From positions 1,436,421 through 1,500,420 of the forward strand of contig JAHDYR010000062.1 of NCBI GenBank assembly GCA_019828565.1: a stretch of DNA of 64,000 bases. The letters run 5' to 3'. The notes beneath the pieces were generated by a model. The model worked only from the letters and a program-made list of their open reading frames with translations, ran no database searches and had not been told where the DNA came from. The DNA comes from Carpediemonas membranifera BICM. Taxonomy: Eukaryota > Protista > Fornicata. Positions within the stretch are counted from its first letter, which is position 1; each line of letters starts with the position of its first letter. Position numbers and translations under genes: made by a program. Positions 1 through 10,002 of the stretch are shown one piece after another.

Positions 1-1228
1 TCCTTCCCGACGTTGTCCGAATCACCGGCTTAGCCAACCTCTCCGTCTTGTCGGCCTTGGTCCGCGCCCGTCTGCATCGCCTGTACATCTCGACGAAAGA
101 AGGGCTGGGTGCATCTTCTTGCTCGGGTCTGGCGGCTTTGATCCGTCTGATGTGACGGGAAAACGACGCGTTCTGACGCAGAGCAACCGTGTGGGCATCT
201 GAAGGGGCTGGAGTGAACACACTCCGCCTGCGCTGAGTGGTCGGGTGAGGCGTCGCCTTGACCTTATCCTGCACCGGAGTCTGGGGTTTCCAGACTTCCG
301 GAGTGGTGTTCTTCTGAGCCGCTCTCCGCCGCTCAGCAGACTGCGCCCTCTCTGCTGAGTCCGGCTCCATGTCTCGCTGCAGCATGGTGGTGACGGCTTT
401 CTCGAGGTCCTCAATGACTGTCGACATCGGAGACTTCGGCGCCGCGGATTTCTCTCGAACAGCACCGAGGACCTCGTTGATGACGTTATCCATCGATGAA
501 ATGATGGTTGGTAGCCCCTCTCCAGGGGAGTTTGGGGAGGCTTCCTCGTCGCTCAGCCGCAACATCCCGCTGTCCGGCGTTGGCACCCGCGAGAACTCGC
601 CGCTATGGATGCTGGGCGAGTAGTGGCTGGCCGGCCGGGGCGTTGTGCGGCTCGGTGATATTGCGACGCTGCGGTTCATCGCAGACACGGCCAAGAGCGA
701 GTTTGCCGAAGAAGGCGTCAACCCAGGAGATTGCTGCACCGGAGACACCTGTGAGACATGCTGCGGAGTGTTGGGTGAGTTTTCCAACGACTCGTCCGTG
801 TCTTCGTCTCCCCGATCGGGGTATAGCAGAGTCATCAGCGGGGAATCAGGGCCTAGCGCGCTCAAGAGGAGGTCGAACTTAACAGCTTCCTGCAGTACCT
901 CGTTCGGACTGGGCTTGTGCGGCGTCTTGCTTCTGGGTGAGGGGCTTAACTCGTCGTTTTGCCGCAAGTTGCTTGGATGGAGATGGCCAACCTCATGCGT
1001 TATCCACTTCTTGTACCGTCTGCTGAGTCTCGATAGATAGAAGTCGGGACTATCGACATTCTGCTCAGTAATAGCCGAGAGGCCTGCTTTGAGGTGCTGC
1101 ATTCGTGGTTCAAGCCGTCGCGCAAGCTTAATGTGTTCATTCATCACAAATCGTGGAGAATCTATCGAATGCCGTCTCATCTGTGCTCTATTTGGCCATG
1201 GAACCATCGTAGATCCCTCCATCGCCAT
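1..1228 (-). CDS. Hypothetical S/P-rich, probably disordered protein (3' end runs off the window)
   Basis: Manual translation from ATG at 1228 (MAMEGSTMVPW...) is open to base 1. It is not in the ORF track because no stop falls inside the window. Confidence 0.7.
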   Translation of the reverse strand, partial: MAMEGSTMVPWPNRAQMRRHSIDSPRFVMNEHIKLARRLEPRMQHLKAGLSAITEQNVDSPDFYLSRLSRRYKKWITHEVGHLHPSNLRQNDELSPSPRSKTPHKPSPNEVLQEAVKFDLLLSALGPDSPLMTLLYPDRGDEDTDESLENSPNTPQHVSQVSPVQQSPGLTPSSANSLLAVSAMNRSVAISPSRTTPRPASHYSPSIHSGEFSRVPTPDSGMLRLSDEEASPNSPGEGLPTIISSMDNVINEVLGAVREKSAAPKSPMSTVIEDLEKAVTTMLQRDMEPDSAERAQSAERRRAAQKNTTPEVWKPQTPVQDKVKATPHPTTQRRRSVFTPAPSDAHTVALRQNASFSRHIRRIKAARPEQEDAPSPSFVEMYRRCRRARTKADKTERLAKPVIRTTSGR

Positions 1229-1529
1229 TTTGTCCGAGAATTTTGTTGAATTTTGGCAAATGGTGGCTGGCGCAGACGGGTTGACTGCCGCGCCAGCATT
1301 GGGCTATGGAGCATGAGCATGCCATGCTCTGACTGCGATTTTCGCCGCCTGTCGCTGCGGTGCGTCATGCCAGGTTGGGTTATGGGTTGGGTGATTCCAT
1401 CCTTAAGGACAGCCGCCCACTTGATCTATGGACGGCTATGGGGGATGCACTCTGACCGCACTGGCTCAGGCGATGCAGTCGGGTCGAGTTTGATACAACC
1501 GACAAACCACAACAACACGACGATAACCA

Positions 1530-2387
1530 ATGACACAACCCGAGTTCACAAATGAGGACGGCAATAAGATCGAGTTACACCGTATGGACCCTGAAAATGG
1601 CGAGGTCCGCGGGACAGCGCTCATCATTCACGGCCTTGGGGAGTATGCCGAGCGATACTCCCACATCGCCAAGTATTTCGCTGAAAAGTGCGGTCTTGCT
1701 TGCTGGTACTGCTCTCTCGAGGGTTATGGACTCTCTGACGGCAAAGCTGGCCTCGTGCGCAGCTTCGAAGAAGTCTACTACCGCGACCTGCTCGCTATCT
1801 TCCGCATGGTCGAGGCAGCGTTCCCTGACGTACCCCGCTTCGTCATTGGCCATAGTATGGGCGGCCTTATCAGCCTCGACTTCGCCCAACACCACCCCGA
1901 GGCCATCGCCAACGGCGGCGTTTATTGCTCGGGTCCCTGCCTCGCCCTGCACCCCAGCCAGCTCATGCCGGGACTCAACCTTATCCTCGCTGTCTGCAAC
2001 AAGCTGGCGCCCACGCTGACCGTGAACAAGGTGAAGGGACCCCTCTGCTCCGAGCCGGCCAACCTCCATCCGGACACCGACCCCGTCCAGCTGCGATACA
2101 ACGTCCCCGCCCGCACAGCGTACAACTTGTCCCGCAAGTGCACTAGCTTCAGACAGCAGTGGATCGGTGGGCAGGTCGAGTTCCCCTTCTTCGTCACTGT
2201 CGGTGATGGTGATATCATGGTCGACCCGACTGCAGTCGAGCAGTTTTACACAGTCTCCAAGAGCAGCAACAAGAAGTTTGAACTGGTCCCGGGCCGCATG
2301 CATGAGCTGTGGCAGGAGGCCAATTGGGAGGAGACTGTAGCCAAGGGGGCCGAGTGGGTCAGCGCCATACTCGACGGAGCTCAGTAG
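1530..2387 (+). CDS. Alpha/beta hydrolase, monoacylglycerol lipase/lysophospholipase family (Hydrolase_4)
   Basis: IIHGLGEY oxyanion motif, GYGLSDG, nucleophile GHSMGG, D in GDGDIMVD, H in RMHEL. Confidence 0.9.
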   Translation: MTQPEFTNEDGNKIELHRMDPENGEVRGTALIIHGLGEYAERYSHIAKYFAEKCGLACWYCSLEGYGLSDGKAGLVRSFEEVYYRDLLAIFRMVEAAFPDVPRFVIGHSMGGLISLDFAQHHPEAIANGGVYCSGPCLALHPSQLMPGLNLILAVCNKLAPTLTVNKVKGPLCSEPANLHPDTDPVQLRYNVPARTAYNLSRKCTSFRQQWIGGQVEFPFFVTVGDGDIMVDPTAVEQFYTVSKSSNKKFELVPGRMHELWQEANWEETVAKGAEWVSAILDGAQ

Positions 2388-2677
2388 ATTCGTTTAAAGG
2401 ATAGCATGGTGCGGGTGGGTGTCTGCTCGGCCTGACTGGGGGAGTGGCGGACATGGATCGGGACGATTGCACAGGCTTTCAACAACACCAGCCGCAACGT
2501 CTACACCATCCAGGCGGCACTGCTGTCCTTGTCTCACTGCGTGCTGATCCTGAAACTGGGGCTTACGACGAGGCGGCGGCGCAAGGAGGACCGGTTTGCC
2601 GGCAGGGCTGGTGCCATTGTCCTGCAGTCGAGCGAGGATGACGCCATCCGCGTGTAATAGTGATAAATTAGTATTTA

Positions 2678-5600
2678 TTAAGCCTGCGAGGCGCCCTCCT
2701 CAGTTGAACCCATGCCGTCAGCCTCAATGCCTTCAAGGATGACGCCAAGCATCATCACGCCGTCCTCCAGCGACCCAGCCAGCACGGCCTTGCTAAGCGA
2801 GCCCCATCCCGCCAGCACGTCCAGAAGGGCCGCAATCACACCAGACCATCGAGGGCAATCAAGGGCAGCGAGCGTGACACTCGCCATGCCTGCCACGGCC
2901 AATGCCGCCTGGTCGCCCCGCTTAGACTCGAGCAACCCCCGCAGCGTCTCGAGCAGCACGACTACTGCAGTCAGCTGGGGCACGACGCCGCCAGTCACAG
3001 GCGAGGGCCGGGGGACGGGCGGAGATGCCTGAAGAGCGGGCGATGCCAGCTGGAAAGATAGATGGCAGGGGAAGCACACCTGCCCCATGTGTGAAAATCG
3101 GCTGACCGCGCTAGCAGAGGCCTGGATCGGAGTGCACGAATCGTCCGCATCCCAGTTACCGACCTCATCCTCCAGGTCGACTGGCCTGCCCGTTGAGTCA
3201 TTCAGAGTCGAATAACCCACCGAAACCATGGTCAGCTCAAACGGGGCGACCCCGCCGAGTCGAAGCAGGGCTGTGCCATGGACAACGGGCGAACAACCAG
3301 CACTGAGGCACGCCGCGACATCGCGTGCGAGGGCAACTGACTGGTGCGACATGGACTCGGGCGTGACTGTGACAGGACCCAGGTCGACCCTAGATACCCC
3401 AACCCCGCGGTCCTCGGCGATATCTATGAGTCGCTCAGCAATGATCTGGGCGATCTCGGCCTGGGAGCTGGTATGAACATGGAACTCATGGAGATGGACC
3501 AGGCCTGGGAAGTGCGCTGGAGTGAAGACTTGGCCGGCCGACCGTAAGAAGGCGGGGAGGTCATTCTTCTGGGCCTTGGTCAGCTTTTTGTGGAATATCT
3601 CAAAAATATGCATGAGGTTGTATGATACGATCGGATCTAACTCAATTGCGGTGAAATTGCCTCTTTCATACCGAATCATGGCGTCTGGCATCCTATCGAC
3701 CATTGACTTCATAAACGACGGGACCACAGGGAACTGAACGCCAGTCGGGTCCAGGGTCACAATGGCGTCGCCGTACTCCTCCTTGGAGTCGACTATGCTC
3801 CCGTGACAACCGGCGATGAACTCGTCAAGATCCGACTCGTTTCCAGTCATGGAATAGATGTCGACCGCCGAGATGGTCTTGGCCTTGCGGAACACAACTG
3901 ACATCAGCTCGGCGGCCGGGGGAAAGGACTGCATGCGGGGCTGAGCGAGGGCGCGATACTGGTGGTCCATCGGGAGGTACTGTGTGAATGACGCGTTCAG
4001 CGGACGGATCAGTCCGAGAGAGACGCGGTTCGAGTAGTGTAGTGCGATGTCAGAGAGGATACGACGGGCGTCAAGTGCCGTCTCGGGGCGGGAGGCCACG
4101 AAATCTGTCACAAAACGCCCAAGTTCGTAGTACTTGACATAATGCGCATAGTGCGCTGGCCTCAGTTTCCCTCGGTCCTCCGGCACCAGCGATCGCCCAG
4201 GCAGGCTCATGCTAGTGCCATCGAACATCCCCTGCAGCCTGGCCCTTGTGTCTGCCTGAGACTTGGGCACTAGCCCGCAGACCCAGGACCGGACAGCACT
4301 CTGGTCGATCGGTTGACAGCGGCGGGTGTTGCGGATGACGGGACTGATAATCTGCACGAATTTGGTGAGTCCATCTGGGGTTGGTGTGGGAGCTCCCTGG
4401 ACGAACCACTGGCGGGCGGAGTCGAGCAGCCGGCACTGCCACGTGCCGTCGCGCGGCTCCCACGCCGACACTGCTGCCTCGACTCGCCCAATCCAGCCAA
4501 AGAAGAACTTGCGCAACGCCACTACCCGACCGAACGAGGCAACCCCCTCTGCTAGGGCTGTCAACAGACCAACCGGCCCCGTGCCCAGCACCGCCAGCGG
4601 GCCTGCTGTGTTGGATCCCTGCAGCACGGCAGCCAGGGCGAGCATCTGCACAGCTCTTGTGTCTGCCACGGCGGGGTGGGTCTGGCCGGTGCCTATGGAC
4701 CGCGGGGACCGGGCGGTGGCGGATGGGTCGGCCCTGGTCAGCTCTAGGACAGCATGGGCGATGATGCCGGTCACACCGTCGATAGCTCCCTTCAAATCTG
4801 CGAGTATCGGCGCTTGGGACGGGGCAGGCAGTTTAAGACAGATGGAGTCTGGTACCCCGCCCAGCGTCATGTCCGCCTGGCCGTAAACTGCGGCAAATAT
4901 GCACGCTTCGAGCTCTGAAAACAAAACGGTGGATCCAACACTGTGTGGCACTGCTCCAACGACAAGGTCCTTGGCTTCATGGGGGCAACGACTCAGCAGC
5001 GTGTAGTGCTTCGTGATGAGCAGTGGAATGAACTCGGAGAAAGTCGCTGCTCCACACAGGGAGGGTGGGAGGGAATCGGGGCGGGTCCAGACGAGCGCGG
5101 TCGACCAGATCGGGCAGTTGAAGTCGAGTAGGGAGTCGGAGATCGGCCGGAATATCTTGCCTGTGTCCCCAAGATCTGATTCTGAGAATGTTCTTGATCC
5201 GACATGCAGGTTCAGGAACGAGGCGGGCGGGGCGTCATCGACCACAGCAGTCGCCAGGTTAGCTACGTCACGGACGAGGTTCTCCACGAATATGGGCCGC
5301 GTCTGCTCGTGACTGTTCCCGTGGATCATAAATATATGACCCAGGTCGAGTTGCGGCATGGTAGTGCGACCATCGGCGACGAGAGAAAGCACCGTCGGCC
5401 CGAACAGGTACTGCGCAGCACCTATGCCTGCCCCAGTCTCACCGAATAGCCCGACGCGAAGCTCTGTGAGGACTTCTGCGTTCATCGAGGCGAGTTCGGC
5501 AGGATTAAGGGCAGCGATGACACCACCGAATCCGAAGATGGAAGCGTCGTCGCATGTGTGGGTGGCAATGCCTGTAGGATTGAGACGGCACCGTTTGATT

Positions 5601-5812
5601 CCCTTAGATACCCGAATGTTGATCAATGATGATGCTTTCCGCTCTGATTCGGAGAATTTGCTCGCTTGGTAGTCTCTGAGCGCTGCTTGATAGATAGGAT
5701 AGTATGGATTGGCAAGGAGGTCCTTTCCAGCGATGTTCTCAGTAATTTTCTCTTTAAAGTAGTCGATGAAAGACTCATTCATCAGTTCGTTGGAAACAGC
5801 AAGTTGGCGCAT
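2678..5812 (-). CDS. Large hypothetical protein (about 1045 aa)
   Basis: Long ORF. The track start at 6034 overlaps the RRM gene, so the first in-frame ATG below that gene (MRQLAVS at 5812) is used. No family recognised. Confidence 0.7.
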   Translation of the reverse strand: MRQLAVSNELMNESFIDYFKEKITENIAGKDLLANPYYPIYQAALRDYQASKFSESERKASSLINIRVSKGIKRCRLNPTGIATHTCDDASIFGFGGVIAALNPAELASMNAEVLTELRVGLFGETGAGIGAAQYLFGPTVLSLVADGRTTMPQLDLGHIFMIHGNSHEQTRPIFVENLVRDVANLATAVVDDAPPASFLNLHVGSRTFSESDLGDTGKIFRPISDSLLDFNCPIWSTALVWTRPDSLPPSLCGAATFSEFIPLLITKHYTLLSRCPHEAKDLVVGAVPHSVGSTVLFSELEACIFAAVYGQADMTLGGVPDSICLKLPAPSQAPILADLKGAIDGVTGIIAHAVLELTRADPSATARSPRSIGTGQTHPAVADTRAVQMLALAAVLQGSNTAGPLAVLGTGPVGLLTALAEGVASFGRVVALRKFFFGWIGRVEAAVSAWEPRDGTWQCRLLDSARQWFVQGAPTPTPDGLTKFVQIISPVIRNTRRCQPIDQSAVRSWVCGLVPKSQADTRARLQGMFDGTSMSLPGRSLVPEDRGKLRPAHYAHYVKYYELGRFVTDFVASRPETALDARRILSDIALHYSNRVSLGLIRPLNASFTQYLPMDHQYRALAQPRMQSFPPAAELMSVVFRKAKTISAVDIYSMTGNESDLDEFIAGCHGSIVDSKEEYGDAIVTLDPTGVQFPVVPSFMKSMVDRMPDAMIRYERGNFTAIELDPIVSYNLMHIFEIFHKKLTKAQKNDLPAFLRSAGQVFTPAHFPGLVHLHEFHVHTSSQAEIAQIIAERLIDIAEDRGVGVSRVDLGPVTVTPESMSHQSVALARDVAACLSAGCSPVVHGTALLRLGGVAPFELTMVSVGYSTLNDSTGRPVDLEDEVGNWDADDSCTPIQASASAVSRFSHMGQVCFPCHLSFQLASPALQASPPVPRPSPVTGGVVPQLTAVVVLLETLRGLLESKRGDQAALAVAGMASVTLAALDCPRWSGVIAALLDVLAGWGSLSKAVLAGSLEDGVMMLGVILEGIEADGMGSTEEGASQA

Positions 5813-5916
5813 AAACTGCTCGAAACAGGGCTTGGCTGACAGACTCTTGTAGCAAATGATAACTCCCAACAGTGCTTCGTCTACAGCGGCGCCATCCTTA
5901 CTTCCAAGAAGCCTGC

Positions 5917-6333
5917 TCACTCTGACTCTGCCGGCTGGGGCTGCCGCTGGGGCTTCGCTGGAAGAATTCGAACACCGGCCATGGCCTCGATGTCTCGCTT
6001 GTGCTCCTCTCGCTCCTCTTCGCCCATCTCCCACACAGCATGCTTGGTGGTGCCGTGGGCGAAGGATACCCGGATCGTCTGGCCGTAGAGCTCGTTATAG
6101 TTCATATTATCAAGGGCTTCACGGCAATCCATAGGGTCTACGTACTCCACGAAGGCGTAGCCTCTGATGACTGAGTAAATAGGGAGAATTATGAACAAAC
6201 GGCCAGTGGACTCGTCCACGGGGAGTTCAATCAGCGATATCGGGCCAAATGGAATAAACGCTTCACGCAATGCTTCTTCAGTGACTTCCTTCGCTATTCC
6301 GCCAACGTAGAGCCTGTTCTTCACCGCAGACAT
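5917..6333 (-). CDS. Single-RRM protein resembling the cyclophilin E (PPIE/CYP33) RRM, with no cyclophilin domain; one 30-nt intron
   Basis: RNP2 LYVGGI, AFIPFGPI, RNP1 RGYAFVEY, ALDNMNYNELYGQTIRVSFA. Removing intron 6171-6200 gives DESTGLIRGYAF. Confidence 0.8.
   Translation of the reverse strand: MSAVKNRLYVGGIAKEVTEEALREAFIPFGPISLIELPVDESTGRLFIILPIYSVIRGYAFVEYVDPMDCREALDNMNYNELYGQTIRVSFAHGTTKHAVWEMGEEEREEHKRDIEAMAGVRILPAKPQRQPQPAESE
6171..6200 (-). other. 30-nt in-frame, stop-free GT-AG intron
   Basis: GTTTGTTCATAATTCTCCCTATTTACTCAG; removal restores normal RRM loop length before RNP1. Confidence 0.75.
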
Positions 6334-6472
6334 GGTTCTTACGCAGTCACTCGACTCGGCGGGATTGGACACGTCGACCCCGGCGTTGAGACCAAAATGG
6401 CGATTGCAGCTACCATATACGCTACTTCATTCTTAAGCGCTGCCGCCTCTCCTTCCCACCCGTGTTCATATC

Positions 6473-6583
6473 CGAGGCCAACCACCGCCGCGCTGCTGAG
6501 GCCCCCACGATGATGACTGATGTCGGCGTCCCGATCGAGCGGGAGGTGAGCCTGAAGCACGAGATCAACAAGATCGTCGAGTA
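6473..6583 (+). repeat. About 110-bp near-identical copy of the 3' end of the calponin-family gene (43172-43282)
   Basis: cgaggccaaccaccgccgcgctgctgaggcc...aagatcgtcgagta matches 43172-43282 with about 2 substitutions, in direct orientation. Confidence 0.9.
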
Positions 6584-6658
6584 CAAGGTGACTATCATCT
6601 TCCCGTCCATCAAGGCAGATGCTTTTATCGTGGCAACCATAGCAGCTCCTTGAAGTAT

Positions 6659-7300
6659 TTACTCCTCCTTGGGCTCAAGGACAGTAACGAGATCGGGCTG
6701 GATGGCGTTCTTGTCGAAGCGAGAGGTGGGAAGGCAGATCTTGACCTGGATGCCGAGGACACCCTGGCGCATGTGGAGAGCGGTTGTGCAGGTGTCGACG
6801 TAGTCAATGCCGGGCTGGCCAGTGCGGAGGATGTAGCCATCGCGGTACTTCTGGGACTTAGCACGGGCAGCGCGCAACTTGCCGGAGACGACAATCTCCA
6901 CACCCTTGGCGCCAGCCTCCATGGCGGAGCGCATGACGGAGTAGGCAGCACGGCGGACGGGGAGGCCCATCTCGAGTTTGAAGCGGAGAGACTCAGCCTG
7001 AGCGGAGGCAGAGAGGCCACGCTCCATAACGCGGTCGCAGAAAAGCTCAACAGCGCCATCCTTGAAGCCGTAGCGCTTCTGGATGAGGGAGGTGAGCTCA
7101 CGGAGGCGGCGGTTGTTGGTGCCGAGAACCTCGCGGGTCTTGGTGGCACGGATCACGATATCGGTCTTCATGGGAGAGCGCTTGACCTCGCAGCCAGAGT
7201 AGCCCTCAGCGGCAAGCTCACGGCGAAGGAACTCGTTGAGCTCGGCGTAGAAAAGGCCGTCAGCGACAGCCTTGTGCTTCTTGCTGATCATCTGCACCAT
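6659..7300 (-). CDS. RPS3: 40S ribosomal protein S3 (uS3)
   Basis: ISKKHKAVADGLFYAELNEFLRRELAAEGYSG, GLSASAQAESLRFKL, SGKLRAARAKS, RQGVLGIQVKI. Confidence 0.97.
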   Translation of the reverse strand: MVQMISKKHKAVADGLFYAELNEFLRRELAAEGYSGCEVKRSPMKTDIVIRATKTREVLGTNNRRLRELTSLIQKRYGFKDGAVELFCDRVMERGLSASAQAESLRFKLEMGLPVRRAAYSVMRSAMEAGAKGVEIVVSGKLRAARAKSQKYRDGYILRTGQPGIDYVDTCTTALHMRQGVLGIQVKICLPTSRFDKNAIQPDLVTVLEPKEE

Positions 7301-7820
7301 GATGACTGTGTAAGGAAAGGATATGCCCACTAGTGCATGTAATAAGCTCAAAAAGATGTTCAATAGAGCTCAACAGGACCTGTGAGACGTTGCACGAACG
7401 AGACTCGAATCGCTACCAATGGAGGTTAGAAAAAAGTCGGTAAAAATGGTTAAATCTTTTTCTGTGCCCATGCCGGAGCTCCATGGGCTGCCCTACCGGG
7501 CATAGACGTTACATTGGGATAAAAGTTGGGCCCGATCGTCATTTTCGAAATCACGGATTCATCGTCGAGGAAATCGGCAAACCTACTTCAAAAATGGGAC
7601 GGCTAGAACTCAAGGCAAGGGAAAATACCAGGAAAATTAACGGAAGCACACTGTTTAATGAACAATTATCTCCAATCTGAGATGAGGTTTGGCTGTGACA
7701 GCCTGCATATTCCCGAGATCTCGTTCAGCCAACTCACACATGTCGGTTGATAAAAACGCATGTGAATCCGTATCCAGGCCCTCTCACACGCGCTTGAACT
7801 GAGAGTAGCCTCCATATGAC

Positions 7821-9272
7821 ATGATTGACTGTGGTTGCCTCGAGCTCGACTTCGACTTCCGGACTATCAAAGCCGAGCGCGCAATGGTAAAGGTCACGGA
7901 GCTCGATTGGACAATAACCTCGGACTCTTCAATGACGCTATGCAGCTCAATGGAGAACCGTGCGAAGGATCGGAAGGCTCACATCTTGAATCTCGGCAAG
8001 AAACTGCATTTCGACGACGCAGCGAACGAACAAGACAACGACAAGACTGAAATTGTTGGGCAGATCTACATTGACCATACTGTTCCATCGCCGCGCCTCG
8101 ATTACCGCATTTTGCTGGAGTGTGTAGACACTGGCGACGAGGGCATGTTCGAGCTCTTCTTCCGGCCCAACTTCTTCGCCCAGTACCGCCAGAAGACTGG
8201 CCATGACCTAATGCTCTTCTCTGGCCTAGTTGTGCGCGTCCGGGGCAGCGAGAGCATCGGCATCACACCCGCCTTCATGGCGCAGTTCCATCGCTTCACT
8301 GTTGACGACATCGTCGTCGAGGCCCCCTTCAGCAAGTCAAGCCCCATCCCCGAGAGTGCCAATGGGCTGACTGGCCAGATCTTCAAGGGCCCCTTCTACC
8401 AGCTTCGGACGGACCCTGGGGCTGCGGGCATGCCGTTCCAGCCCGTCGTCGAGCTCAACACCCTCGAATACATGCAGGTCATCCGCATGTACGTCAAGGA
8501 CAGCCCCGGTGTCGTCGTGCTCCTCGGCCCCTTCCTCCCGACTGACGAGGCGCTGCTGCTCGCCCTGCCATGCTCGCCCATCGAGTGGTACACCGCCTTT
8601 TTCCACTTCATCCACGGCATGGCCGAGGAGTTCCCGGCCACCCAGTTCGTGGTCGTCCCGGGGAGCACGGACGTGCTGGACGGGGCGACATGCTGGCCTA
8701 ATGCCGGGCTGAGTCACGTCGCTGCTGATGTTGCCAAGACCAGCCTGCCGCTCGACTCGCCCGACTTCTTCAAGTCCCGCACGAAGTTGAAGATCTGGCC
8801 CTTTATTCGGGACTACAACGGCGCGCTGGCCCATTCGAACGTGCATATGGTCGGGACCCCCGCCCATATCGACATTGACGGGCTGAGGGTGGCTGTCACA
8901 CCCAACAGTCCTGCCGACGACCTCGACAACATCGTGGAGAAGCCCCAGGGTCCTAACCTCGTCCCGCTCGAGGTGGACCGCTTCAAGGAGGACTGCGAGG
9001 CGATGGTCACCCAGCGCCACCTAATGCCCGCCTTCCCGCCGTCCATCGTGGCCAACTACAATAGCGCCGCGGACCAGGCCTGTTGGCTGGCATCCAAGCC
9101 GCATCTGATGATCGTCGGCGGGGTTGAGGGTGCGGACACCACAGTCAAGGGAGTCACAGTCGTCAGCCCGGGTCAGCTGACCAACGGCAGAGAGCTGCTC
9201 AACAACATGGCTACCTTTGAGGTCAGGGGCGGTGAGATCGAGGTGTCGCTGTTCGGGCAGAAGAGAGAGTGA
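7821..9272 (+). CDS. POLA2: DNA polymerase alpha subunit B (Pol12-like), divergent; possible short upstream exon 7740-7769
   Basis: B-subunit motifs KGPFY, VVVLLGPFL, VVVPGSTD, NVHMVGTPAHIDIDG, QRHLMPAFPP, PHLMIV, VVSPGQL. A putative intron at 7770-7808 (GTATCC...TAG) would join ATG 7740 in frame. Confidence 0.75.
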   Translation: MIDCGCLELDFDFRTIKAERAMVKVTELDWTITSDSSMTLCSSMENRAKDRKAHILNLGKKLHFDDAANEQDNDKTEIVGQIYIDHTVPSPRLDYRILLECVDTGDEGMFELFFRPNFFAQYRQKTGHDLMLFSGLVVRVRGSESIGITPAFMAQFHRFTVDDIVVEAPFSKSSPIPESANGLTGQIFKGPFYQLRTDPGAAGMPFQPVVELNTLEYMQVIRMYVKDSPGVVVLLGPFLPTDEALLLALPCSPIEWYTAFFHFIHGMAEEFPATQFVVVPGSTDVLDGATCWPNAGLSHVAADVAKTSLPLDSPDFFKSRTKLKIWPFIRDYNGALAHSNVHMVGTPAHIDIDGLRVAVTPNSPADDLDNIVEKPQGPNLVPLEVDRFKEDCEAMVTQRHLMPAFPPSIVANYNSAADQACWLASKPHLMIVGGVEGADTTVKGVTVVSPGQLTNGRELLNNMATFEVRGGEIEVSLFGQKRE

Positions 9273-10002
9273 TTTACTGCTGTTATGGCACATAATTGGG
9301 ACATATATAAATGGCGTCAGAAGAGGCGAGCGTGTCGTTCAACAGTTCCAGTGGTCTCATGAGGGAGGAAGCCCACCGGGAGGTGCCCGACAGAGTCAAA
9401 TCTCACCTGGATCCGAGTTTGGGCAAGGTGGATGTGGCCAAAACCCCTAGATACTGTTACATATGACGATGTGTAGGACCCTACCGAGCCGCGTTGAGGA
9501 TGTCATGTCAGGATGTCATCTGATCTGTAGAATATTTGAGTCAAATCATGAATTTGATTTTTCTGACTGCATTCCACTTTCCGGTTTGAGGTACCTTTGA
9601 GACCGGAATCACAGCTGGACACAAACAGCGAACAATGGGCAACTCTGGTATGACGAACGGAATTGACGCACCGCACACTGGGATCGTTAAAATTGACAAG
9701 GATTTCACCGCTTTTGAGGCCGGAAGAAACAAGACACCACTGGACACCGTTATGACGGCTGGAATTGAGTAAATAAGTGCTAGTCAATGCCATTCGGTCT
9801 GGTACGGACGCCACGGCACATTATACACTGAGATTATCCCGCACTAACCTTTCGGTGCTGTTCACTCGGTTTCCATGCCATTGCTGACATGGTGTGAGAC
9901 TGTCAGTGCCAAGACCGATGGCCAAAGCGCGGTTCTCCGACCATCTCGATGCCTGTCGCCCAACTAGGCTACCCCTCCCAGGCCCGGTTGCTCCTGATGA
10001 CC

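Noticed and set aside
7305-7325. ATATCCTTTCCTTACACAG upstream of RPS3 resembles a U12 5' splice site plus branch point
   Set aside because: The elements overlap within 19 nt, too short for an intron. It is more likely a pyrimidine-rich leader or the end of an ordinary UTR intron.
9300-10000. Gap with short ORFs next to the ADH duplication
   Set aside because: No recognisable coding, RNA or repeat signal.
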